A stretch of 64,000 nt of DNA from Kiritimatiellia bacterium (GTDB taxonomy: Bacteria > Verrucomicrobiota > Kiritimatiellia > RFP12 > UBA1067), in NCBI GenBank assembly GCA_050949565.1, contig JBMNFY010000017.1:1216001-1280000 (forward strand). Direction: 5' to 3'. The translations under genes and the position numbers were made by a program. Positions 30,962 through 40,859 of this stretch are shown one piece after another. The stretch's first letter is position 1. Every line of letters begins with the position of its first letter. The notes below the pieces were generated by a model. The model was not told the origin of the DNA. It was given only the letters and a program-made list of their open reading frames with translations, and ran no database searches.

Positions 30962-31231
30962 TCGCGTATTCCTCCAAAGATATAAACCGTCACTCGGTTG
31001 TTGCCGAACAGTGTGGCACAAAAGCACGCGGATGACAAACGTAATCACGGGCAAAGCCCGCGATGGGGTGTAAGGCTGTGAGGCTGTGAGGGGAAGTCAG
31101 GCGGCTCGTCCCCCAAAAAACTCCGTATCTCCGTACCTCCGTGGTGAAAAAGGCACGTTTCATGCTCTTTGTTGAGCGGAACTACGGACCGTGGTACTAT
31201 GCCCGTGAATGCGTAGGTGGCTCTGGTACAT

Positions 31232-31322
31232 TCTTGCAAAACCCCTCGTGGCATGGGCGTCCCGCCCATGAAACACGGGCAAGATGCCCGTGCCACACCT
31301 GAAAGCACTGGGTTTTGCAAGA
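31232..31322. repeat. MITE/REPIN-like element: inverted REP doublet inside 13-bp inverted repeats
   Basis: TCTTGCAAAACCC...GTGG-CATGGGCG-TCC-CGCCCATG-AAA-CACGGGC-AAGAT-GCCCGTG-CCAC...GGGTTTTGCAAGA; 31234-31301 is identical to 49672-49739. Confidence 0.85.
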
Positions 31323-31363
31323 GCCACACATCGTGTGATAAAATCTAAACTCGGACGGCAAAG

Positions 31364-34257
31364 ATGAAAAAGACGACATTACACGCTTTTATCAGTGACG
31401 CGCTCAGGGTGGCATGCGCAGTGATGGGTTTTGCGCTTGCGGCATCGGGTGCTCCTTTGACCGAACGCGAAGTGCTCGACAGATTATCCATCTGGATGGA
31501 CGGCCATCCGGTGATGGGCAGTCTGGCGGGAAGCACCATCGCGTCAACAGTTCGATTTCCGGAAAACGGCGATGCCTACAGCGTGTACGTTGTGGCGTTC
31601 TCGCCGATCGGCTATGCCGTGCTCAACAGTGATGACCGGCTGCCGCTTACCGTCGCCTTTAGTGCATCGTCAAGCGTCAATTTGGCCGACCTGCCCGATA
31701 ACGCCTTCCGCGCCGCTCTGCTGACCCATGCAGAAAAGGCACTGCAAGCGCTGCGCGGGATGGACGCCGCGGCCGCGCCCGACCTCTCCTACCGCCGCGC
31801 CGCGAGCCGCGGACCTCTGAGCATTGAGCAATACGGTCCCTTCCTGACGACTACTTGGAACCAGTGCAATCCGTACAACCTACTGTGCCCTGATGACCCC
31901 AACGGCAGTGATTACTACGGACACCGCGTGCCGTCCGGTTGCACGCCGACCGCCTACGCGCAGGTGCTCTACTACCACCGCTGGCCGCTCTACGGACAAG
32001 GCACGCACAGCTACACCGACAATAGTGGCTCGATCACCGGCACGCACAGTGTCTGCTTCAGCCCGCCGTTCGGCTGGGCGGCCATGCAGACCGCCTACGA
32101 CCCTTGGGCCGTCTCCCAGCCGGGGGACAATGAAGTCGCCGACCTTATGTACCGCCTAGGTGTCGCCGCCGAGGCCGATTATGAGAACGGCGGCACCAGC
32201 GCAAGTATTCTGACGCTGGGCAACCGCCTTAATACGTATCTCTTTTACGAGCCTATAGGCTACGCGGGGTCGCAGGCCGAGTTGCTGCCGGGCCTTAACG
32301 AGAGCCTGCGCGTAGGCTACCCGTGCGTCATCGCGGTCCCCGGCCACGCGATTGTGGCGGATGGATTGTTGGACGATAGCGGGACTATGTCGTACCACAT
32401 CAACTACGGCTGGGGCGGTTCAAACGACGGCTGGTGGTCCGCCGATAATGTGAACGGCAAGGCGATTAGCTACGGCTGCACCTCGCTCAAACCCATACTG
32501 ATGGCGTTCCCGGCCGCAGCGACAGTGCAGGCGGTAGCCGGCGAGCCCATGACCCTCGAGTGGTGGTTGCCATCCCGCCGTGAACAAGAGGCTGAGCACA
32601 TTCGGCTCCGTCGGCTGACGCCGCATAGCGCAGTCTGGAACTCTGCCGCCGAAACGCTGGACCATACCGTGTCAAGCGGCTGGCAGATCAAACCCGAAGG
32701 CCGCTCCGGCGCGTGCTGGTTCGCTGGGCCGCTCGGCTACAAAGTATTGACGCTCACCGACTTTTTTGTCCCCGATGCTTCGTCGGCACTCACCTTCTGG
32801 ATGCAATGTCGGCTGTCCAGTGCGCCTTTCCGGGTCGCGGTTTCTAGCGACGGCGGGAACACCTACACAACCCTGTTCGAAAAGAACGACAATTATACGT
32901 TGAGTTGGCAGTCCTACACGGTTCCGCTTGGCGCGTATGCCGGCGAGCAACTCCGGATCAGGTTTGAATTGATCCGGGGATCGTACTATCAGAGCGGCGG
33001 CGTCTGGCTCGACGACCTTAGCGTCACCTCCGGCACTTGGTGGCGCTGGCTGCCGTTCATCGAGGATACGACGCTCGCCTCGCGCCGGTATTCCGAACAG
33101 CGGACGCTGCTTGATAACTGTGCCGACTTCTCGATCTTTGAAGTAACGTCCTCATCGACCTACAAAGACTGGGCCGTCAGTACCACCGGTGGCGTGGATC
33201 AGTGCTTCTACAAGCAGCCGGGCGGTTATTCGAACCGCGAATATCATCTGACTGCAAAAGCACCGATCACTCCCGGTACTGGTACGCGGCTGTTGATGCG
33301 CTGGAAGCGTAACCTCGCGGGTGACGGTTTCCGCGTACTGGTCTCGCCTAACCGCTCGACCTTCACAGAGATCTGGAACGCGGGCGGCGCTTCGGATTGG
33401 ACAGAGCAAGCCATCCCGCTCGGTGCCTACGCCGGGCAACCGATCTACCTGCGGCTGGAATATACGACCGGCAGTTATTATTCCAGCGGCGGAGTCTGGA
33501 TCGACACCCTCTGGCTGCAAGATGTCACGAACCCGGAACTGGAGGGCCAGCCCGTACACCTCACGGTTACGACAGCCCCTCTGGAGGTCGGCAGCTACAC
33601 GCTGGCGTCGGTCGTGGAGGACACCAACGCGATATCCCACACGCTTTCGCCGCCATTCACTCTGAACGTCTCGCCGCGTTTCAATCACCGGCTCGAATCC
33701 GGCGGAAGCGTCACGTTGACCAGTTACAACGGTAGCTCCGAGCGGCTGGATATCCCGTCGGAGTGGGCAGGCCAACCGGTCGCGGGCATCGCTGCGAACG
33801 CCTTTGCCGGTACGCCGGTTGTTTCTGTGACTCTGCCTGCATCGATCGCGACGCTCGAAACCGGCGCTTTCGCCGACGCCAGCGCTTTGCAACGACTCTT
33901 TTTCGCGGGCAACGCGCCATCCGCCGCCCCCAACGCGCTGGCGGGCTCGGCGGCGACCGTCTACTATCTGCCGGGAAGGTCAAACTGGTCCGCCAGCTTT
34001 GGTGGCCGGCCGGCCTTGCTGTGGAATCCCGCGCCGGTTCCCGGCGCCGGATTCGGTTTTCAGGGCGGGATTTTTGGCTTCACGCTGACCGGCACGGCGC
34101 ACTGATCCCGGTGCATGTGCAGGCAACCACCAATCTTACATCCGCCGTCTGGTCTTCAGTCACCAACGCCGAGCTTAACGCCGCCGGCACGCTGCAAGTC
34201 CGCGATCCGGAGTCTCCGGCGCATGCGGGACGCTTCTACCGCGTTGTCTGGCCGTGA
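31364..34257 (+). CDS. Secreted C10-family (SpeB-like) cysteine peptidase with beta-sandwich and LRR domains; frameshift near 34098
   Basis: TTWNQCNPYN, SGCTPTA, GHAIVADG, HINYGWGG; C-terminal domain continues in another frame to RFYRVVWP. Confidence 0.85.
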
Positions 34258-34290
34258 GGCGCACACGGGAGGACTGTGGGTGTGGGCGGT

Positions 34291-34313
34291 GTGGCACGGG
34301 CATCTTGCCCGTG
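34291..34313. repeat. Single REP-like palindrome GTGG-CACGGGC-ATCTT-GCCCGTG
   Basis: Same palindrome at ~31274, ~49712 and ~51884 (opposite orientation). Confidence 0.8.
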
Positions 34314-34358
34314 GTGGCGGCGTAAACGCCGCCCACAGAACTGCCGCGCACACCCCTG

Positions 34359-35513
34359 TCACTGACCGGCTACCGCGCTGACGATCGCATCGGCGGCGCG
34401 CGTTGAGGCGTCGCCGGTGCCCAGCAGGGCGTTTGTCTCGTCGAGCGCGGCCAGGGTCTGCGCGCGTGCGTCGGCGTCTGTCAGATAGCGCTGGAGCTGG
34501 TCGGCGAGGCGCTGCGGTGTGAAAGCGTCTTGGATGAGTTCCGGCATGACCTCGCGGCCGGCGATGATGTTGGCGAGCCCCAGATGTTTCACGCCCTTGA
34601 TCAGCCAGCGCCCGATCCAGTAAGTCACGCGGCTGGCGATGTAGACCAGCACGGCGGGGCAGCGCATCAGGCAGGCTTCCAGCGTGGCGGTGCCTGAAGT
34701 GACCGCCGCAGCGTGCGCCTGAAGCATCACGTGGCGTGCCTGGCCATCGACAAAGGTGAGGCGCGCGGGCCGGGTGCGGGCGCGGGCGGCGACCGCCTCG
34801 CCGAGTTCGCGCATGGCCGGGGTGGGGGCGGGAATGATGAACGAGCAATCGCCCTCCAAACGTTCTTCAAGCAGGGTGGCGGCGGCCAGCAGGCGCGGCA
34901 GGATGCGCGTGATCTCACTGGCGCGACTGCCCGGCAGCAGCGCGATGCGGTGCGTGCCGTTCCACGGGAGCGCGACGGGCGGCGCGGCGCGTGTTTCGGC
35001 GGCGCGATCGACCAGTGGATGCCCCGTGAAGCGTGCGTCGAGCGATGTCTGCTTGAAGAGCGCGGGCTCAAAGGGCAGGATGCAGAGCAGCAGATCGAGT
35101 ATGCGCGCGAGTTTCGGGATGCGCCCGCGACGCCAGGCCCAGACCTGCGGACAGATGTAGTGAACCGTTTTGATACTGCGGTCGTGCGCGAAGCGGGCGA
35201 GGCGCAGGTTCATACCGGGATAGTCTACCGTGAGCACGATGTCGGGCTGCCAGACGCGGATCTCGCGCTTCATGTGTCTGATCATGCCCAACAGGAACGG
35301 CAGGTTGCGCAGCACGGGGGTGATGCCAATGAGCGCAATACGGTCGGTGTGATAAAACAACTCGGCTCCCTCGGCGCGCATAGCATCGCCGCCGAAGCCG
35401 CGGAAGACGATGGGACGGTCCACGGCAGCCCGCAGAGCGCGCATCAGGGCGGCGGCGTGCATGTCACCGCTCACCTCACCGGCGCAAATCATGATTTTCA
35501 GAGGGGTGTTCAT
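34359..35513 (-). CDS. lpxB: Lipid-A-disaccharide synthase
   Basis: AGEVSGD, VDYPGMN, PQVWAWR, GHPL, LLPGSR, SGTATLE, PELIQ. Confidence 0.96.
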   Translation of the reverse strand: MNTPLKIMICAGEVSGDMHAAALMRALRAAVDRPIVFRGFGGDAMRAEGAELFYHTDRIALIGITPVLRNLPFLLGMIRHMKREIRVWQPDIVLTVDYPGMNLRLARFAHDRSIKTVHYICPQVWAWRRGRIPKLARILDLLLCILPFEPALFKQTSLDARFTGHPLVDRAAETRAAPPVALPWNGTHRIALLPGSRASEITRILPRLLAAATLLEERLEGDCSFIIPAPTPAMRELGEAVAARARTRPARLTFVDGQARHVMLQAHAAAVTSGTATLEACLMRCPAVLVYIASRVTYWIGRWLIKGVKHLGLANIIAGREVMPELIQDAFTPQRLADQLQRYLTDADARAQTLAALDETNALLGTGDASTRAADAIVSAVAGQ

Positions 35514-36361
35514 ACGGGTCTGAGCGGTGCAGGCGGCAGGCCGGAATCAAGGCCGATGATCGCGATGTTCATGCGGTCGGCGGCGGCGATCACAGCCGGG
35601 CGGTCAAGCAAAACCAAGCGTCCGGCCTGATAGGCGAGCGCCGAGACACCGGCGCGGCGCAACACGGGGATGGTCTTCGCGCCGATCACGGGAATGTCAA
35701 AACGCATGTCGTGGCCATTCTTGGCGACCTTGACCACCACGGCACCGCGTCCGCCCAACTTGCCGCCGCGGCGGATTGCACGGTCGGTGCCCTCGAATGC
35801 CTCGACGGCCAGCACCATGCCGTCCTTCACGAGCAGCGTCTGGCCGATGTCCAGGCCGCAGATGTCGCACGCGACCCGGTGCCCGAAGGCGATGTCACTC
35901 GCCTCGCGTTCGTCCGGCGCGCGGCGGGTAAGCACGCCCACGCCGGGAATGTGCTCATCCATGTAACAGGAAGCCGGCAGCATGCGGATGCCGACACGTT
36001 CCACCTCGATTGCGATGCGTCCAAAAATCGTATGCGCGTTTTTGACGGGCAATTCCTTGAGCCAGGTGCGCGCCAGCGTATCGAAACGCGTACGAAAGAG
36101 CGCGATCGGGGTGATGCCGCCGGCCATAATGCCGTGGGAGAAGTCCATGCTCGTGACCCATTCGAAGATACGCTGGATCTCGCCTACGCCGAACCAGACG
36201 CAGGTGTCCGCCAGTGCGGCGGTGGCGCGGGCGGTCGAGCCGCGTAGCGCCAGCATGGTGATGCGTTGGACACCGGCTTTGCGCGCGCCGACGGCAATAC
36301 AAGCGGGGTAGGTGCCGTCACCCGCGACGATCAAAAGATGACGGATGGGTTCAGGAGTCAT
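35510..36361 (-). CDS. lpxI: UDP-2,3-diacylglucosamine pyrophosphatase
   Basis: LDIGQT, AVEAFEGTD, DMRFDIPVIG; directly upstream of lpxB. Confidence 0.92.
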   Translation of the reverse strand: MTPEPIRHLLIVAGDGTYPACIAVGARKAGVQRITMLALRGSTARATAALADTCVWFGVGEIQRIFEWVTSMDFSHGIMAGGITPIALFRTRFDTLARTWLKELPVKNAHTIFGRIAIEVERVGIRMLPASCYMDEHIPGVGVLTRRAPDEREASDIAFGHRVACDICGLDIGQTLLVKDGMVLAVEAFEGTDRAIRRGGKLGGRGAVVVKVAKNGHDMRFDIPVIGAKTIPVLRRAGVSALAYQAGRLVLLDRPAVIAAADRMNIAIIGLDSGLPPAPLRPV

Positions 36362-36443
36362 GTGTTCGGAGTATACCGGATGAGGAAAGGATGAGGGAAG
36401 GGAGAAGTTTGGGTGTAACGCGGTAACGTCGGTCGCCAACTTT

Positions 36444-36472
36444 TTGCTAACACTTCAGCGGACGGTTATGAT
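36444..36472 (+). promoter_or_regulatory. Candidate sigma70 promoter of the VTC-CotH operon
   Basis: TTGCTA-N17-TATGAT. Confidence 0.5.
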
Positions 36473-36509
36473 ACGCTGTACGGTTGTAACCTAGAGTTGG
36501 GGAGCGTGT

Positions 36510-37331
36510 GTGTTCAGAAAGGGCAGACAGTCTAGTCGGGATATGGTGACGCGGTATGAGGCGAAGTACATCATTCCGCGTTCACGTGTTCCTGAAATAC
36601 GGGCGTTTATCCGCCCGTTCTGTCGGCCTGATCCCTGCGCCCACGGCAACCCGCCGGAGTACACAATCACCACGTTGCAGTTGGACGATTCCCGTTATTC
36701 GCTTCACAACGCTAAGGAATTCGGGGCGCTGAATCGTTTCAAGCTGCGGGCGCGGACCTACGGCACGATCGGTTCGACGCCGGTCTTCGCGGAGGTCAAG
36801 TCGAAGTTGGAAGACACGATCATCAAATCCCGTGCGGCGATTCCCTTTAAGGCATGGAACAGGGAACTGGTGTTCGGGGTGCATCTGCCCAATTTTTTCC
36901 ATAGCGAGCGGCAGGAGATCGATTTTTTGCAGTTCAGGCGTTTGGCTTGGGAGATCGGTGCCGAACCCAAGGTGCTGGTGCGTTATATCCGTGAATCTTA
37001 CGTGGGGGCGATCGACAGCTACGTGCGGGTAACGTTCGATCGTAACCTGCAATACCAGATAACTGACTCCTGGACCGACTTTGGGCGCAGTGGTTTCTGG
37101 CGCGGCATGGATTCGACCGAGGCGCAGGGATTCGGACTGCCCTACTCAGGCGTGGTGATGGAAGTGAAAACGCTCTCCCAAACACCGGCCTGGGTGATGG
37201 ACTTGGTGGAACGATTCGAGTTGAGTAAGCGAGGAAACTGCAAGTATTCGACCGCCATCTGGCGCGAGGGGGTCTTTACGAAACACCCCGGAACAAATTC
37301 TGAAACTGAAGAAGCGTTGGTGAGCCTGTAA
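36510..37331 (+). CDS. VTC-domain polyphosphate polymerase (CYTH/TTM superfamily)
   Basis: RYEAKY, RFKLRARTY, EVKSK, YIRESY, RVTFD, MEVK, CKY. Confidence 0.85.
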   Translation: MFRKGRQSSRDMVTRYEAKYIIPRSRVPEIRAFIRPFCRPDPCAHGNPPEYTITTLQLDDSRYSLHNAKEFGALNRFKLRARTYGTIGSTPVFAEVKSKLEDTIIKSRAAIPFKAWNRELVFGVHLPNFFHSERQEIDFLQFRRLAWEIGAEPKVLVRYIRESYVGAIDSYVRVTFDRNLQYQITDSWTDFGRSGFWRGMDSTEAQGFGLPYSGVVMEVKTLSQTPAWVMDLVERFELSKRGNCKYSTAIWREGVFTKHPGTNSETEEALVSL

Positions 37332-37347
37332 AGGAGCAGTGTAAACC

Positions 37348-38043
37348 GTGAACGTGCATGACTATCTGGCCCTGTTTTTCGGGACGCAAGAGCCGCTAAA
37401 CCCGGCTCTTGTGGCGGGGGCGATGGTGCTGAGTTTCCTGCTGGCCATCCTCATCGCGACCGTGTACCAGGTCACCTTCCGCGGCTTCACCTACTCGCGC
37501 TCCTACATCCACACCATGGTGCTGGGCAGCATGGTGACCTGCATGTTGATCATGGCGGTTGGCAATAACATCGCGCGCGGCATGGGCATTCTGGGTACAT
37601 TGGCGATTATCCGTTTCCGCACGCCGGTACGCGACCCACGCGACGCCATGTTCCTCTTCGCTTGCCTCGGCGTCGGCATTGCCTGCGGTGCCGGCACGCC
37701 GGTGGTCGCGGTGATCGGTACCGGTTTGATCTGCGCTGCAGCACTGCTGTTGCACTGGATACCGTTCGCCTCGCGCCGCGACTACGAAGGCCTGTTGCGT
37801 TTCATCATGCCCGTCGATGACGCAGAGACCGCGCAAACTGCGCAGGAGATTCTCAAACGCTACTGCTCCTCGTTTTATCTGCTCGGCATGCGCGATGCGG
37901 AGCAGGGCGATGCCATGGAGTTTTCGTACCAGGTGCGGTTGCTGGATCCGGCCTATCAGCAAGATCTCGTCGCCGCCTTCAAAAAAGCGGGTGGCTTTTC
38001 GGACCCCGTGCTGCTGTTGCAGCGTACGACGGTAGAACTGTAA
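37348..38043 (+). CDS. DUF4956 family membrane protein
   Basis: YSRSYIHT, GNNIARGMGILGTLAIIRFRTPVRD, GIACG; several TM helices. Confidence 0.88.
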   Translation: MNVHDYLALFFGTQEPLNPALVAGAMVLSFLLAILIATVYQVTFRGFTYSRSYIHTMVLGSMVTCMLIMAVGNNIARGMGILGTLAIIRFRTPVRDPRDAMFLFACLGVGIACGAGTPVVAVIGTGLICAAALLLHWIPFASRRDYEGLLRFIMPVDDAETAQTAQEILKRYCSSFYLLGMRDAEQGDAMEFSYQVRLLDPAYQQDLVAAFKKAGGFSDPVLLLQRTTVEL

Positions 38044-38058
38044 GGACAGTGAATCAAG

Positions 38059-39264
38059 ATGAAGACCTCATATAGACGACCCATGCGGCTGCCCTTCAGG
38101 CTGATTCTGAAACGCCTGATGCGGGTCTGCTTCATATTGCTCGTGATAGGTCTGATTCCCTTTTTCCTCTGGTTCCAGACGCAAGATCCTAAAGCGTACC
38201 GTTTCAACGGCGTGGTCGAGAGTGAGGCCGAAACCGTGGGTCCTGTCGAGACCGCGCGCATTCTGTCGATCGAGGTCCAGTCCGGACAGTCCGTGAAGGC
38301 CGGCGACGTGCTGGTGCGCCTAGACCCCGCCGACCGCGCGATGGACTTGGCCATGAACGAGGCGCGCCTTAAGAACTACGAGCAGGATCTGTTACGCTAT
38401 GAGCAGGACATCGTCCGGCAGCGGCAGGACTTGCAGGACTCCGAGCGCCGTTGCCGTCAAGCCGTACGCGAAGCGGAGACCGCCATTGAGACCGAACGAA
38501 TGAACCGCACCCGTGACGCGGCCGAACTGGCTGGTCTGCAAGCCGAGATCAAACGCCTGCAGCCCTTGATCGACCGGCGGCTGGTCAGCGAAACCGAGCT
38601 GTCGCGCCTGCGCCCCGCTGCAGAGGCTCTCGCCACCACGGTCGCCGAATACACGCCCCTGCTCGCCACCTTGGAAAAACAGCACGCGCGCGCGATTGAG
38701 GACCTGAACGAGGTCAAGGCGCTGCTGGCCGAAACAGCAACGAAAGGCACCGATGCCGATCCGATCCTTACCACCATACGCCAGGCTGTGGAGACCTGCC
38801 GCAAGGCCGCCACCAACGACCCCTCTGTGCTGCGTGCCTCGCGTTCCGGCGTGGTGTCGTGCGTCCTACGCCAGCCCGGCGACGTGGTGACGGGCGGCGA
38901 GCCCGTGGTGCGCGTGGCCGCATCAAGCGCGCTCTATATCACCGGAATGCTGACACAGCACCAACTCCAAGACCTGAAGGTCGGTGACATCCTGCACGTC
39001 GCACGCGCGGCAGCCGGTCAGCGTGAGACGCTCAAAGCACAGGTCGAGGTCATCGCACCTGAGGTGATGGACCTGCTGGACCCTTTCAATCCAGTACCGC
39101 GCTTTCCGCTACGCGGCCGGCGTGTACGTATGCGCGTTCTGGACGAGAACAACGGCCTGATTCCCGGTGAGACTGTGACTTTGGAGTCGGGGCATCGCGA
39201 GACCTGGCTGGAGGGGGTCAAGCGCATCTGTTTTTTTTCTGGAACTCCGCCAGCAACGCCATAA
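38059..39264 (+). CDS. HlyD-type periplasmic adaptor (membrane fusion protein)
   Basis: N-terminal TM; lipoyl halves GQSVKAGDVLVRLD and LRASRSGVV...PGDVVTGGEPV; long coiled coil. Confidence 0.85.
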   Translation: MKTSYRRPMRLPFRLILKRLMRVCFILLVIGLIPFFLWFQTQDPKAYRFNGVVESEAETVGPVETARILSIEVQSGQSVKAGDVLVRLDPADRAMDLAMNEARLKNYEQDLLRYEQDIVRQRQDLQDSERRCRQAVREAETAIETERMNRTRDAAELAGLQAEIKRLQPLIDRRLVSETELSRLRPAAEALATTVAEYTPLLATLEKQHARAIEDLNEVKALLAETATKGTDADPILTTIRQAVETCRKAATNDPSVLRASRSGVVSCVLRQPGDVVTGGEPVVRVAASSALYITGMLTQHQLQDLKVGDILHVARAAAGQRETLKAQVEVIAPEVMDLLDPFNPVPRFPLRGRRVRMRVLDENNGLIPGETVTLESGHRETWLEGVKRICFFSGTPPATP

Positions 39265-39360
39265 ACGTGCGCTGAGCGGGCATTAGGTTGAACAAGGCAT
39301 GCGGCCATGCCGCGAGGGATCAAAAGGAACAACTTTCAACGTTCAAGTTGTAGGCACATC

Positions 39361-40849
39361 ATGGTGATAAGGCGAGTATGGCACACCGCAAAACGTTGCG
39401 TAGCCGGAACGATCGTTCTGGCTGTTGCTGGTTGCTCTACAGTCGAAGACCAGACGCTCGCCATGTCCAAGCCCGTAACCCAAACAGATACGGCATCCTC
39501 TGTTCCGGCGACACCACCAGCCGAGCCGCCAGCCGAAGGCTACGACTGGAATACTCTAGCCCGCATGGCGGCGGCTAACTGCAGCGAAGCCCGCGCCCTG
39601 CTGTTAGATGCGCAGGCGGAACGCAACAAGACGGCGGTGGACACCGGCTGGCGTAACCCCCGGCTCCGTCTGGGACACGGCTGGATCGACCAAGACAACG
39701 ACACGCCGGGACGATCCGGCATGCGGACCTACCCCGACGAGGCGGGCTCGCCGCAACGACCGTTTAGGAGCTACCGTGAATGGGATGACCGCTCGTTCAC
39801 GGAGCGATCCGTGGGGCTGCGCGTCTACACGGCCAACCCCTTTGTGAACCGTTGGCTGCGCAAGCGCGGCGAGGCCGCAGCGCGCGCGATCGAGAAAGAG
39901 TCAGAGGAGGAGGCCTACGCGATCTTCTGCGAAGTCAAGACGCTCTGTCTGGAGGCGGAGCTACTACGCGAGGAGAGTCGGTCTGTTAGAACGGATGGCC
40001 GAGATCCGCACAAAACTGCGCGACCTGCGCCGCGAACAGTCTGAAGCGGGTGTGACCAGTCCGCTCGACCTGGTCCACGCCGAGACGAAGTTAGCGTCAC
40101 AACGCTCTGAGCTTTTCGGCAAGCGGATGGCGCGGCAACAACTCGTGCGGCGCATTGCCGTGCTCGCCGGCGTACCGGCCGAAGGGCTCCGCCTGCGACC
40201 GCGCACAACGGACTGGGTGCCGGTGCCCGCGCATCTAGACGCCGCCGCGCTCACTGATCTCGCCTTCATGCGGCGTCCCGACCTCGCACGATTGGAGCAG
40301 GAGAAAGAGGCCGCAACGTACGCGCTACGTGCCGCGCGCGCCGGACAGATTCCCTGGTTTGAGTATGTCGAGGGCTCGGTTGAAGATACACACGGCGACA
40401 GCTATTCGCGCGAAGAACTCTTCACCGGACGCGACCACACAACGCGTGACGAGACCGAGTGGCAGGTACGGGTCGCCATGACCCTGCCGGTCTTCAACTG
40501 GCTGGGCGACGAGATCCGCCTGACACGCACGCAACTGGCCGCCGCTGAAACGCGCGTGCGCGGACAGTACGACTTGGTCCGATCGGAAGTCAGCGGTGTC
40601 TTGGAGGACTACCGGGCGGCGCAGGCCGAGTGGGCACGCCTGGACAGCGAAGGCGATCGGTTGCGCACCGAGATGTATGCCCGCGTCGAGAGCCTAGCCA
40701 AAGAACCGACCATCAAACGTGAAGAGGTGCTCGCCGTGCACGAGGAGTTGCTGGCCTTTCAGCGTGTCTGCCTCAAGGCCGAACGCGAATGTCTGTTTAT
40801 CGAGCAGTGCTTGGAGACCGTAAGCGGCGGAGCGCTGCCGACAGAATAG
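39361..40849 (+). CDS. TolC-family outer membrane lipoprotein; +1 frameshift near 39977
   Basis: Lipobox VAGC; WRNPRL, AGVTSPLDL, RRPDL, LPVFNW. Removing one G at ~39977 joins ORFs 39307 and 39995. Confidence 0.75.
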
Positions 40850-40859
40850 GAGGAACACC

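Noticed and set aside
36410-36495. GTAAC repeats upstream of the VTC gene as a Pho box
   Set aside because: Neither the sequence nor the 11-bp periodicity matches CTGTCAT repeats
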